Positions 12,244-26,769 of a DNA stretch of 64,000 nucleotides are shown here, piece by piece. Location of the stretch: NCBI GenBank assembly GCA_964016885.1, contig OZ024743.1:206150001-206214000 (forward strand). The letters are read 5' to 3'. Below the pieces are notes generated by a model that was not told the origin of the DNA, did no database searches, and worked only from the letters and a program-made list of their open reading frames with translations. This DNA comes from Eledone cirrhosa (lineage: Eukaryota). Positions within the stretch are counted from its first letter, which is position 1. Every line of letters starts with the position of its first letter. Position numbers and translations under genes: made by a program.

Positions 12244-15200
12244 TTGGCTGGCTGGCAATTATCTCCCCTTGGAGGCTGGAATTTATCTCCCCTTGGACGG
12301 CTGGAAATTATCTCCCCTTGGACGGCTAGAAATTACCTCTCCTTGTACGGCTGGAAATTATCTCCCCTTGAACGGCTGGAAATTATCTCCCCTTGGACGG
12401 CTGGAAATTATCTCCCCTTGGACGGCTGGAAATTACCTCTCCTTGGACGGCTGGAAATTATCTCCCCTTGGACGGCTGGAAATTATCTCCCCTTGGACGG
12501 CTGGAAATTATTTCCCCTTGATTTTTTTTACAAATTATCTCCCCCTGATTTTTTTTACAAATTATCTCCGCCTGATTTTTTAAAATATTATCTTCCCTTG
12601 GCTGGCGGGAAATTATCTCCCCTTGGACGCCTGGAAATTATCTCCCCTTGGAAGGATGGAAATTATCTCCCCTTGGACGGCTGGAAATTATCTCCCCTTG
12701 CACTGCTGGTAATTATCTCCCCTTGGACGGCTGGAAATTATCTGCCCTTGATTTTGTTTTTACAAATTATCTTCCCCTGATTTTTTTTACAAATTATCTC
12801 CACCTGATTTTTAAAAAAATTATCTCCTCTTGGCTGGAAATTTTCTCCCCTTGGACGATTAGAAATTATCTCTCTTTGGACGGCTGGAAATTATCTCCCC
12901 TTGATTTTTTTTACAAATTATCTCCCCCTGATTTTTTTTACAAATCTCCCAGTGATTTTTTAAAAAAAATTATCTCCCCTTCGCTGGCTGGAAATTATCT
13001 CCCCTTGGACGCTGGAAATTATAGCCCCTTGGAAGGCTGGAAGTTATCTTCCCTTGGAGGGCTGGAAATTATCTTCCCTTGGACGGCTGGAAATTATCTC
13101 CCCTTGATTTTTTTTACAAATTATCTCCCCCTGATTTTTTTTTACAAATTATCTCCCCCTGATTTTTTTTTACAAATTATCTCCTGATTTTTTTTACAAA
13201 TTATCTCCCCTTGGCTGGCTGGAAATTATCTCCCTTTGGAGGCTGGAATTTATCTCCCCTTGGACGGCTAGAAATTACCTCTCCTTGGACGGCTGAAAAT
13301 TATCTCCCCTTGATTTTTTTTACGAATTATCTCCCCCTGATTTTTTTTTTTACAAATTATCTCCCCCTGATTTATTTTACAAATTATCTCCGCCTGATTT
13401 TTTTAAATATTATCTTCCCTTGGCTGGCGGGAAATTATCTCCCCTTGGACGGCTGGAAACTATCTCCCCTTGGACAGCTGGAAATTATCTGCCCTTGATT
13501 TTGTTTTTACAAATTATCTCCCCCTGATTTTTTTTACAAATTATCTCCACCTGATTTTTTAAAAAATTATCTCCTCTTGGACGGCTGGAAATTATCTCCC
13601 CTTGGCTGGAAATTATCTCCCCTTGGACGGCTAGAAATTATCTCTCTTTGGACGGCTGGAAATTATCTCCCTTTGATTTTTTTTACAAATTATCTCCCTC
13701 TGATTTTTTTTACAAATCTCCCCTTGATTTTTTTAAAAAATTATCTCCCCTTCGCTGGCTGGAAATTATCTCCCCTTGGACACTGGAAATTATAGACCCT
13801 TGGAGGGCTGGAAATTATCTTCCCTTGGACGGCTGGAAATTATCTCCTTTGATTTTTTTCACAAATTATCTCCCCCTGATTTTTTTTTACAAATTATCTC
13901 CGCCTGATTTTTTTTAAAAAATTATCTCCCCTTGGCTGGATGGAAATTTTCTCCCCTTGGACGGCTGGAAATTATCTCCCCTTTATGTCTTCTACAAATT
14001 ATCTGGCCCTGATTTTTTTTACAAATTATCTCTCCCTGATTTTTTTTACAAATCTCCCCTTGATTTTTTTAAAAAATTATCTCCCCTTCGCTGGCTGGAA
14101 ATTATCTCCCCTTGGACACTGGAAATTATAGACCCTTGGAGGGCTGGAAATTATCTTCCCTTGGACGGCTGGAAATTATCTCCTCTTGATTTTTTTTACA
14201 AATTATCTCCCCCTGTTTTTTTTTTCAAATTATCTCCGCCTGATTTTTTTTTAAAAATTATCTCCCCTTGGCTGGATGGAAATTTTCTCCCCTTGGCCGG
14301 CTGGAAATTATTTCCCCTTGGCTGGAAATTATCTCCCCTTGGACGGCTAGAAATTATCTCTCTTTGGACGGCTGGAAATTATCTCCCCTTGATTCTTTTT
14401 ACAAATTATCTCCCCCTGATTTTTTTTACAAATCTCCCAGTGATTTTTAAAAAAAAATTATCTCCCCTTCGCTGGCTGGAAATTATCTCCCCTTGGACGC
14501 TGGAAATTATAGCCCCTTGGAGGCTGGAAATTATCTTCCCTTGGACGGCTGGAAATTATCTCCACTTGATTTTTTTTACAAATTATCTCCCCCTGATTTT
14601 TTTTTACAAATTATCTCCCCCTGATTTTTTTTTTACAAATTATCTCCGCCTGATTTTTTTAAAAAAATTATCACCCCTTGGACGGCTGGAAATTATCTCC
14701 CCTTGGACGGCTGGAAATGATCTCCCCTTGGACGGCTAGAAATTACCTCTCCTTGGACGGCTGAAAATTATCTCCCCTTGATTTTTTTTACGAATTATCT
14801 CCCCCTGATTTTTTTTTTTACAAATTATCTCCCCCTGATTTTATTTTACATATTATCTACCCCTGATTTTTTTTACAAATTATCTCCCCCTGATTTTTTT
14901 TTTACAAATTATCTGCCCCTGATTTTTTTACAAATTATCTCCCACTGATTTATTTTACAAATTATCTCCGCCTGATTTTTTTAAATATTATCTTCCCTTG
15001 GCTGGCGGGAAATTATCTCCCCTTGGACGGCTGGAAACTATCTCCCCTTGGACAGCTGGAAATTATCTGCCCTTGATTTTGTTTTTACAAATTATCTCCC
15101 CCTGATTTTTTTTACAAATTATCTCCACCTGATTTTTTAAAAAATTATCTCCCCTTGGACGGCTGGAAATTATCTCCCCTTGGCTGGAAATTATCTCCCC

Positions 15201-18200
15201 TTGGACGGCTAGAAATTATCTCTCTTTGGACGGCTGGAAATTATCTCCCTTTGATTTTTTTTACAAATTATCTCCCTCTGATTTTTTTTACAAATCTCCC
15301 CTTGATTTTTTTAAAAAATTATCTCCCCTTTGCTGGCTGGAAATTATCTCCCCTTGGACACTGGAAATTATAGACCCTTGGAGGGCTGGAAATTATCTTC
15401 CCTTGGACGGCTGGAAATTATCTCCTCTTGATTTTTTTTACAAATTATCTCCCCCTGATTTTTTTTTACAAATTATCTCCGCCTGATTTTTTTTTTAAAA
15501 TTATCTCCCCTTGGCTGGATGGAAATTTTCTCCCCTTGGACGGCTGGAAATTATCTCCCCTTTATGTCTTCTACAAATTATCTGGCCCTGATTTTTTTTT
15601 ACAAATTATCTCTCCCTGATTTTTTTTACAAATATCTCCCCTTGGCTGGCTGGAAATTATCTCCCCTTCGCTGGCTGGAAATTATCTCCCATTGGACGGC
15701 TGGAAATTATCTCCCCTTGGACGCCTAGAAATTACCTCTCCTTGGACAGCTGTAAATTATCTCCCCTTGGACGGCTGGAAATTATCTCGCCTTGGACGGC
15801 TGGAAATTATCTCCCCTTGATTTTGTATACAAATTATCTCCCCCTGATTTTTTTTTACAAATTATCTGCCCCTGATTATTTTTTTACAAATTAGCTCCGC
15901 CTGATTTTTTTTAAAAATTATCTCCCCTTGGACGGCTGGAAATTATCTCCCCTTGGACGGCTGGAAATTATCTCCCCTTGAACGGCTAGAAATTACCTCT
16001 CCTTGGACGGCTTAAAATTATCTCCCCTTGGACGGCTGGAAATTATCTCCCCTTGATTTTTTTACAAATTATCTCCCCCTGATTTTTTTTTACAAATTAT
16101 CTCCCCCTGATTTTTTTTTTACAAATTATCTACCCCTGATTTTTTTTTCCAAATTATCTCCCCCTGATTTTTTTTTACAAATTATCTCCCCCTGATTTTT
16201 TTTTACAAATTATCTCCCCCTGATTTTTTTACAAATTATCTCCCCTTGGCTGGCTGGAAATTATCTCCCCTTGGAGACTGGAATTTATCTCCCCTTGGAC
16301 GGCTGGAAATTATCTCCCCTTGGACGGCTAGAAATTACCTCTCCTTGGACGGCTGGAAATTATCTCCCCTTGAACGGCTGGAAATTATCTCCCCTTGGAC
16401 GGCTGGAAATTATCTCCCCTTGGACGGCTGGAAATTACCTCTCCTTGGACGGCTGGAAATTATCTCCCCTTGGACGGCTGGAAATTATTTCCCCTTGATT
16501 TTTTTAACAAATTATCTCCCCCTGATTTATTTTACAAATTATCTCCGCCTGATTTTTTTAAATATTATCTTCCCTTGGCTGGCGGGAAATTATCTCCCCT
16601 TGGACGGCTGGAAACTATCTCCCCTTGGACAGCTGGAAATTATCTGCCCTTGATTTTGTTTTTACAAATTATCTCCCCCTGATTTTTTTTACAAATTATC
16701 TCCACCTGATTTTTTAAAAAATTATCTCCTCTTGGACGGCTGGAAATTATCTCCCGTTGGCTGCAAATTATCTCCCCTTGGACGGCTAGAAATTACCTCT
16801 CTTTGGACGGCTGGAAATTATCTCCCCTTGATTTTTTTTACAAATTATCTCCCCCTGATTTTTTTTACAAATCTCCCAGTGATTTTTAAAAAAAAATTAT
16901 CTCCCCTTCGCTGGCTGGAAATTATCTCCCCTTGGACGCTGGAAATTATAGCCCCTTGGAGGGCTGGAAATTATCTTCCCTTGGACGGCTGGAAATTATC
17001 TCCCCTTGATTTTTTTTACCTATTATCTCCCCCTGGTTTTTTTTTACAAATTATCTCCCCGATTTTTTTCTACAAATTATCTCCCCCTGATTTTTTTTTT
17101 ACAAATTATCTCCGCCTGATTTTTTAAAAAAAATTATCTCCCCTTGGACGGCTGGAAATTATCTCCCCTTGGACGGCTGGAAATTATCTCCCCTAGGACG
17201 GCTAGAAATTACCTCTCCTTGGACGGCTGAAAATTATCTCCCCTTGGACGGCTGGAAATTATCTCCCCTTGATTTTTTTACAAATTATCTCCCTCATTTT
17301 TTTTTACAAATTATCTCCCCCTGATTTTTTTTTACAAATTATCTCCCCCTGATTTTTTTTTACAAATTATCTCCCCCTGATTTTTTTACAAATTATCTCC
17401 CCTTGGCTGGCTGGCAATTATCTCCCCTTGGAGGCTGGAATTTATCTCCCCTTGGACGGCTGGAAATTATCTCCCCTTGGACGGCTAGAAATTACCTCTC
17501 CTTGTACGGCTGGAAATTATCTCCCCTTGAACGGCTGGAAATTATCTCCCCTTGGACGGCTGGAAATTATCTCCCCTTGGACGGCTGGAAATTACCTCTC
17601 CTTGGACGGCTGGAAATTATCTCCCCTTGGACGGCTGGAAATTATCTCCCCTTGGACGGCTGGAAATTATTTCCCCTTGATTTTTTTTACAAATTATCTC
17701 CCCCTGATTTTTTTTACAAATCTCCCCCTAATTTAAAAAAAAATTATCTCCCCTTCGCTGGCTGGAAATTATCTCCCTTTGGACGGCTTGAAATTATAGC
17801 TGCTTGTAGGGCTGGAAATTATCTCCCCTTGGACGGCTGGAAATTACCTTTCCTTCGACGGCTGAAAATTATCTCCCCTTGGACGGCTGGAAATTATCTC
17901 CCCCTGATTTTTTTTACAAATTATCTCCGCCTGATTTTTTTTTAAAAATTATCTCCCCTTGGCTGGATGGAAATTTTCTCCCCTTGGACGGCTGGAAATT
18001 ATCTCCCCTTTATGTTTTCTACAAATTATCTACCCCTGATTTTTTTTTTACGAATTATCTCTCCCTGATTTTTTTTACAAATATCTCCCCTTGGCTGGCT
18101 GGAAATTATCTCCCCTTGGCTGGCTGGAAATTATCTCCCCTTGGACGGCTGGAAATTATCTCCCCTTGGACGCCTAGAAATCACCTCTACTTGGACAGCT

Positions 18201-19137
18201 GTAAATTATCTCCCCTTGGACGGCTGGAAATTATCTCGCCTTGGACGGCTGGAAATTATCTCCCCTTGATTTTGTATACAAATTATCTCCCCCTGATTTT
18301 TTTTTACAAATTATCTGCCCCTGATTATTTTTTTACAAATTAGCTCCGCCTGATTTTTTTTTAAAATTATCTCCCCTTGGACGGCTGGAAATTATCTCCC
18401 CTTGGACGGCTGGAAATTATCTCCCCTTGAACGGCTAGAAATTACCTCTCCTTGGACGGCTGAAAATTATCTCCCCTTGGACGGCTGGAAATTATCTCCC
18501 CTTGATTTTTTTACAAATTATCTCCCCCTGATTTTTTTTTTACAAATTATCTCCGCCTGATTTTTTTTTAAAATTATCTCCCCTTGGACGGCTGGAAATT
18601 ATCTCCCCTTGGACGGCTGGAAATTATCTCCCCTTGATTTTTTTTTCCAAATTATCTCCCCCTGATTTTTTTTTTACAAATTATCTACCCCTGATTTTTT
18701 TTTCAAATTATCTCCCCCTGATTTTTTTTACAAATTATCTCCCCCTGATTTTTTCTTACAAATTAACTCCCCCCGATTTTTTTACAAATTATCTCCCCCT
18801 GATTTTTTTTACAAATTATCTCCGCCTGATTTTTTTTAATATTATCTTCCCTTGGCTGGCGGGAAATTATCTCCCCTTGGACGGCTGGAAATTATCTCCC
18901 CTTGGAAGGATGGAAATTATCTCCCCTTGGACGGCTGGAAATTATCTCCCCTTGCACTGCTGGAAATTATCTCCCCTTGGACGGCTGGAATATATCTGCC
19001 CTTGATTTTGTTTTTACAAATTATCTTCCCCTGATTTTTTTACAAATTATCTCCACCTGATTTTTTTTTACAAATTATCTCCCCCTGATTTTTTTTACAA
19101 ATTATCTCCCCCTGATTTTTTTACAAATTATCTCCCC
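12244..19137 (+). repeat. Higher-order repeat unit 3 (6,894 bp)
   Basis: Equivalent ORFs at +6894 (12244/19138, 12648/19542, 13211/20105, 13577/20471, 13940/20834). Confidence 0.92.
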
Positions 19138-22100
19138 TTGGCTGGCTGGCAATTATCTCCCCTTGGAGGCTGGAATTTATCTCCCCTTGGACGGCTGGAA
19201 ATTATCTCCCCTTGGACGGCTAGAAATTACCTCTCCTTGTACGGCTGGAAATTATCTCCCCTTGAACGGCTGGAAATTATCTCCCCTTGGACGGCTGGAA
19301 ATTATCTCCCCTTGGACGGCTGGAAATTACCTCTCCTTGGACGGCTGGAAATTATCTCCCCTTGGACGGCTGGAAATTATCTCCCCTTGGACGGCTGGAA
19401 ATTATTTCCCCTTGATTTTTTTTACAAATTATCTCCCCCTGATTTTTTTTACAAATTATCTCCGCCTGATTTTTTAAAATATTATCTTCCCTTGGCTGGC
19501 GGGAAATTATCTCCCCTTGGACGCCTGGAAATTATCTCCCCTTGGAAGGATGGAAATTATCTCCCCTTGGACGGCTGGAAATTATCTCCCCTTGCACTGC
19601 TGGTAATTATCTCCCCTTGGACGGCTGGAAATTATCTGCCCTTGATTTTGTTTTTACAAATTATCTTCCCCTGATTTTTTTTACAAATTATCTCCACCTG
19701 ATTTTTAAAAAAATTATCTCCTCTTGGCTGGAAATTTTCTCCCCTTTGACGATTAGAAATTATCTCTCTTTGGACGGCTGGAAATTATCTCCCCTTGATT
19801 TTTTTTACAAATTATCTCCCCCTGATTTTTTTTACAAATCTCCCAGTGATTTTTTAAAAAAAATTATCTCCCCTTCGCTGGCTGGAAATTATCTCCCCTT
19901 GGACGCTGGAAATTATAGCCCCTTGGAAGGCTGGAAGTTATCTTCCCTTGGAGGGCTGGAAATTATCTTCCCTTGGACGGCTGGAAATTATCTCCCCTTG
20001 ATTTTTTTTACAAATTATCTCCCCCTGATTTTTTTTTACAAATTATCTCCCCCTGATTTTTTTTTACAAATTATCTCCTGATTTTTTTTACAAATTATCT
20101 CCCCTTGGCTGGCTGGAAATTATCTCCCCTTGGAGGCTGGAATTTATCTCCCCTTGGACGGCTAGAAATTACCTCTCCTTGGACGGCTGAAAATTATCTC
20201 CCCTTGATTTTTTTTACGAATTATCTCCCCCTGATTTTTTTTTTTACAAATTATCTCCCCCTGATTTATTTCACAAATTATCTCCGCCTGATTTTTTTAA
20301 ATATTATCTTCCCTTGGCTGGCGGGAAATTATCTCCCCTTGGACGGCTGGAAACTATCTCCCCTTGGACAGCTGGAAATTATCTGCCCTTGATTTTGTTT
20401 TTACAAATTATCTCCCCCTGATTTTTTTTACAAATTATCTCCACCTGATTTTTTAAAAAATTATCTCCTCTTGGACGGCTGGAAATTATCTCCCCTTGGC
20501 TGGAAATTATCTCCCCTTGGACGGCTAGAAATTATCTCTCTTTGGACGGCTGGAAATTATCTCCCTTTGATTTTTTTTACAAATTATCTCCCTCTGATTT
20601 TTTTTACAAATCTCCCCTTGATTTTTTTAAAAAATGATCTCCCCTTCGCTGGCTGGAAATTATCTCCCCTTGGACACTGGAAATTATAGACCCTTGGAGG
20701 GCTGGAAATTATCTTCCCTTGGACGGCTGGAAATTATCTCCTTTGATTTTTTTCACAAATTATCTCCCCCTGATTTTTTTTTACAAATTATCTCCGCCTG
20801 ATTTTTTTTAAAAAATTATCTCCCCTTGGCTGGATGGAAATTTTCTCCCCTTGGACGGCTGGAAATTATCTCCCCTTTATGTCTTCTACAAATTATCTGG
20901 CCCTGATTTTTTTTACAAATTATCTCTCCCTGATTTTTTTTACAAATCTCCCCTTGATTTTTTTAAAAAATTATCTCCCCTTCGCTGGCTGGAAATTATC
21001 TCCCCTTGGACACTGGAAATTATAGACCCTTGGAGGGCTGGAAATTATCTTCCCTTGGACGGCTGGAAATTATCTCCTCTTGATTTTTTTTACAAATTAT
21101 CTCCCCCTGATTTTTTTTTTCAAATTATCTCCGCCTGATTTTTTTTTAAAAATTATCTCCCCTTGGCTGGATGGAAATTTTCTCCCCTTGGCCGGCTGGA
21201 AATTATTTCCCCTTGGCTGGAAATTATCTCCCCTTGGACGGCTAGAAATTATCTCTCTTTGGACGGCTGGAAATTATCTCCCCTTGATTCTTTTTACAAA
21301 TTATCTCCCCCTGATTTTTTTTACAAATCTCCCAGTGATTTTTAAAAAAAAATTATCTCCCCTTCGCTGGCTGGAAATTATCTCCCCTTGGACGCTGGAA
21401 ATTATAGCCCCTTGGAGGCTGGAAATTATCTTCCCTTGGACGGCTGGAAATTATCTCCACTTGATTTTTTTTACAAATTATCTCCCCCTGATTTTTTTTT
21501 ACAAATTATCTCCCCCTGATTTTTTTTTTACAAATTATCTCCGCCTGATTTTTTAAAAAAAATTATCACCCCTTGGACGGCTGGAAATTATCTCCCCTTG
21601 GACGGCTGGAAATGATCTCCCCTTGGACGGCTAGAAATTACCTCTCCTTGGACGGCTGAAAATTATCTCCCCTTGATTTTTTTTACGAATTATCTCCCCC
21701 TGATTTTTTTTTTTACAAATTATCTCCCCCTGATTTTATTTTACATATTATCTACCCCTGATTTTTTTTACAAATTATCTCCCCCTGATTTTTTTTTTAC
21801 AAATTATCTGCCCCTGATTTTTTTACAAATTATCTCCCACTGATTTATTTTACAAATTATCTCCGCCTGATTTTTTTAAATATTATCTTCCCTTGGCTGG
21901 CGGGAAATTATCTCCCCTTGGACGGCTGGAAACTATCTCCCCTTGGACAGCTGGAAATTATCTGCCCTTGATTTTGTTTTTACAAATTATCTCCCCCTGA
22001 TTTTTTTTACAAATTATCTCCACCTGATTTTTTAAAAAATTATCTCCCCTTGGACGGCTGGAAATTATCTCCCCTTGGCTGGAAATTATCTCCCCTTGGA

Positions 22101-25100
22101 CGGCTAGAAATTATCTCTCTTTGGACGGCTGGAAATTATCTCCCTTTGATTTTTTTTACAAATTATCTCCCTCTGATTTTTTTTACAAATCTCCCCTTGA
22201 TTTTTTTAAAAAATTATCTCCCCTTTGCTGGCTGGAAATTATCTCCCCTTGGACACTGGAAATTATAGACCCTTGGAGGGCTGGAAATTATCTTCCCTTG
22301 GACGGCTGGAAATTATCTCCTCTTGATTTTTTTTACAAATTATCTCCCCCTGATTTTTTTTTACAAATTATCTCCGCCTGATTTTTTTTTAAAAATTATC
22401 TCCCCTTGGCTGGATGGAAATTTTCTCCCCTTGGACGGCTGGAAATTATCTCCCCTTTATGTCTTCTACAAATTATCTGGCCCTGATTTTTTTTACAAAT
22501 ATCTCCCCTTGGCTGGCTGGAAATTATCTCCCCTTCGCTGGCTGGAAATTATCTCCCATTGGACGGCTGGAAATTATCTCCCCTTGGACGCCTAGAAATT
22601 ACCTCTCCTTGGACAGCTGTAAATTATCTCCCCTTGGACGGCTGGAAATTATCTCGCCTTGGACGGCTGGAAATTATCTCCCCTTGATTTTGTATACAAA
22701 TTATCTCCCCCTGATTTTTTTTTACAAATTATCTGCCCCTGATTATTTTTTTACAAATTAGCTCCGCCTGATTTTTTTTAAAAATGATCTCCCCTTGGAC
22801 GGCTGGAAATTATCTCCCCTTGGACGGCTGGAAATTATCTCCCCTTGAACGGCTAGAAATTACCTCTCCTTGGACGGCTTAAAATTATCTCCCCTTGGAC
22901 GGCTGGAAATTATCTCCCCTTGATTTTTTTACAAATTATCTCCCCCTGATTTTTTTTTACAAATTATCTCCCCCTGATTTTTTTTTACAAATTATCTACC
23001 CCTGATTTTTTTTTCCAAATTATCTCCCCCTGATTTTTTTTTACAAATTATCTCCCCCTGATTTTTTTTTACAAATTATCTCCCCCTGATTTTTTTACAA
23101 ATTATCTCCCCTTGGCTGGCTGGAAATTATCTCCCCTTGGAGACTGGAATTTATCTCCCCTTGGACGGCTGGAAATTATCTCCCCTTGGACGGCTAGAAA
23201 TTACCTCTCCTTGGACGGCTGGAAATTATCTCCCCTTGAACGGCTGGAAATTATCTCCCCTTGGACGGCTGGAAATTATCTCCCCTTGGACGGCTGGAAA
23301 TTACCTCTCCTTGGACGGCTGGAAATTATCTCCCCTTGGACGGCTGGAAATTATCTCCCCTTGGACGGCTGGAAATTATTTCCCCTTGATTTTTTTTACA
23401 AATTATCTCCCCCTGATTTATTTTACAAATTATCTCCGCCTGATTTTTTTAAATATTATCTTCCCTTGGCTGGCGGGAAATTATCTCCCCTTGGACGGCT
23501 GGAAACTATCTCCCCTTGGACAGCTGGAAATTATCTGCCCTTGATTTTGTTTTTACAAATTATCTCCCCCTGATTTTTTTTACAAATTATCTCCACCTGA
23601 TTTTTTAAAAAATTATCTCCTCTTGGACGGCTGGAAATTATCTCCCGTTGGCTGCAAATTATCTCCCCTTGGACGGCTAGAAATTACCTCTCTTTGGACG
23701 GCTGGAAATTATCTCCCCTTGATTTTTTTTACAAATTATCTCCCCCTGATTTTTTTTACAAATCTCCCAGTGATTTTTAAAAAAAAATTATCTCCCCTTC
23801 GCTGGCTGGAAATTATCTCCCCTTGGACGCTGGAAATTATAGCCCCTTGGAGGGCTGGAAATTATCTTCCCTTGGACGGCTGGAAATTATCTCCCCTTGA
23901 TTTTTTTTACATATTATCTCCCCCTGATTTTTTTTTACAAATTATCTCCCCGATTTTTTTCTACAAATTATCTCCCCCTGATTTTTTTTTTACAAATTAT
24001 CTCCGCCTGATTTTTTAAAAAAAATTATCTCCCCTTGGACGGCTGGAAATTATCTCCCCTTGGTGGGCTGGAAATTATCTCCCCTAGGACGGCTAGAAAT
24101 TACCTCTCCTTGGACGGCTGAAAATTATCTCCCCTTGGACGGCTGGAAATTATCTCCCCTTGATTTTTTTACAAATTATCTCCCTCTGATTTTTTTTTAC
24201 AAATTATCTCCCCCTGATTTTTTTTTACAAATTATCTCCCCCTGATTTTTTTTTACAAATTATCTCCCCTTGGCTGGCTGGCAATTATCTCCCCTTGGAG
24301 GCTGGAATTTATCTCCCCTTGGACGGCTGGAAATTATCTCCCCTTGGACGGCTAGAAATTACCTCTCCTTGTACGGCTGGAAATTATCTCCCCTTGAACG
24401 GCTGGAAATTATCTCCCCTTGGACGGCTGGAAATTATCTCCCCTTGGACGGCTGGAAATTACCTCTCCTTGGACGGCTGGAAATTATCTCCCCTTGGACG
24501 GCTGGAAATTATCTCCCCTTGGACGGCTGGAAATTACTTCCCCTTGATTTTTTTTACAAATTATCTCCCCCTGATTTTTTTTACAAATCTCCCCCTAATT
24601 TAAAAAAAAATTATCTCCCCTTCGCTGGCTGGAAATTATCTCCCTTTGGACGGCTTGAAATTATAGCTGCTTGTAGGGCTGGAAATTATCTCCCCTTGGA
24701 CGGCTGGAAATTACCTTTCCTTCGACGGCTGAAAATTATCTCCCCTTGGACGGCTGGAAATTATCTCCCCCTGATTTTTTTTTACAAATTATCTCCGCCT
24801 GATTTTTTTTAAAAAATTATCTCCCCTTGGCTGGATGGAAATTTTCTCCCCTTGGACGGCTGGAAATTATCTCCCCTTTATGTTTTCTACAAATTATCTA
24901 CCCCTGATTTTTTTTTTACGAATTATCTCTCCCTGATTTTTTTTACAAATATCTCCCCTTGGCTGGCTGGAAATTATCTCCCCTTGGCTGGCTGGAAATT
25001 ATCTCCCCTTGGACGGCTGGAAATTATCTCCCCTTGGACGCCTAGAAATCACCTCTACTTGGACAGCTGTAAATTATCTCCCCTTGGACGGCTGGAAATT

Positions 25101-26769
25101 ATCTCGCCTTGGACGGCTGGAAATTATCTCCCCTTGATTTTGTATACAAATTATCTCCCCCTGATTTTTTTTTACAAATTATCTGCCCCTGATTATTATT
25201 TTACAAATTAGCTCCGCCTGATTTTTTTTTAAAATTATCTCCCCTTGGACGGCTGGAAATTATCTCCCCTTGGACGGCTGGAAATTATCTCCCCTTGAAC
25301 GGCTAGAAATTACCTCTCCTTGGACGGCTGAAAATTATCTCCCCTTGGACGGCTGGAAATTATCTCCCCTTGATTTTTTTACAAATTATCTCCCCCTGAT
25401 TTTTTTTTTACAAATTATCTCCGCCTGATTTTTTTTTAAAATTATCTCCCCTTGGACGGCTGGAAATTATCTCCCCTTGGACGGCTGGAAATTATCTCCC
25501 CTTGATTTTTTTTTCCAAATTATCTCCGCCTGATTTTTTTTTTACAAATTATCTACCCCTGATTTTTTTTTCAAATTATCTCCCCCTGATTTTTTTTACA
25601 AATTATCTCCCCCTGATTTTTTTTTACAAATTATCTCCCCCCGATTTTTTTACAAATTATCTCCCCCTGATTTTTTTTACAAATTATCTCCGCCTGATTT
25701 TTTTTAATATTATCTTCCCTTGGCTGGCGGGAAATTATCTCCCCTTGGACGGCTGGAAATTATCTCCCCTTGGAAGGATGGAAATTATCTCCCCTTGGAC
25801 GGCTGGAAATTATCTCCCCTTGCACTGCTGGAAATTATCTCCCCTTGGACGGCTGGAATATATCTGCCCTTGATTTTGTTTTTACAAATTATCTTCCCCT
25901 GATTTTTTTACAAATTATCTCCACTTGATTTTTTAAAAAATTATCTCCCCTTGGACGGCTGGAAATTATCTCCCCTTGGCTGGAAATTATCTCCCCTTGG
26001 ACGGCTAGAAATTATCTCTCTTTGGACGGCTGGAAATTATCTCCCCTTGGACGCTGGAAATTATAGCCCCTTGGAGGGCTGGAAGTTATCTTCCCTTGGA
26101 GGGCTGGAAATTATCTTCCCTTGGACGGCTAGAAATTACCTCTCCTTGGACGGCTGAAAATTATCTCCCCTTGGACGGCTGGAAATTATCTCCCCTTGAT
26201 TTTTTTTACAAATTATCTCCCCCTGATTATTTTTTACAAATTATCTCCCCCTGATTTTTTTTTTACAAATTATCTCCCCTTGGACGGCTGGAAATTATCT
26301 CCCCTTGGACGGCTGGAAATTATCTCCCCTTGGACGGCTAGAAATTACCTCTCCTTGGACGGCTGAAAATTATCTCTCCTTGGACGGCTGGAAATTATCT
26401 CCCCTTTATGTCTTCTACAAATTATCTACCCCTGATTTTTTTTTACAAGTTATCTCTCCCTGATTTTTTTTACAAATATCTCCCCTTGATTGGCTGGAAA
26501 TTATCTCCCCTTGGCTGGCTGGAAATTATCTCCCCTTGGACGGCTGGAAATTATCTCCCCTTGGACGCCTAGAAATTACCTCTCCTTGGACAGCTGTAAA
26601 TTATCTCCCCTTGGACGGCTGGAAATTATCTCGCCTTGGACGGCTGGAAATTATATCCCCTTGATTTTGTATACAAATTATCTCCCCCTGATTTTTTTTT
26701 ACAAATTATCTCCCCCTGATTTTTTTTTACAAATTATCTCCCCCTGATTTTTTTACAAATTATCTCCCC
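19138..26769 (+). repeat. Higher-order repeat unit 4 (7,632 bp; extended tail)
   Basis: Equivalent ORFs at +7632 (19138/26770, 19542/27174, 20105/27737, 20471/28103). Extra module at ~25930-26700. Confidence 0.92.
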
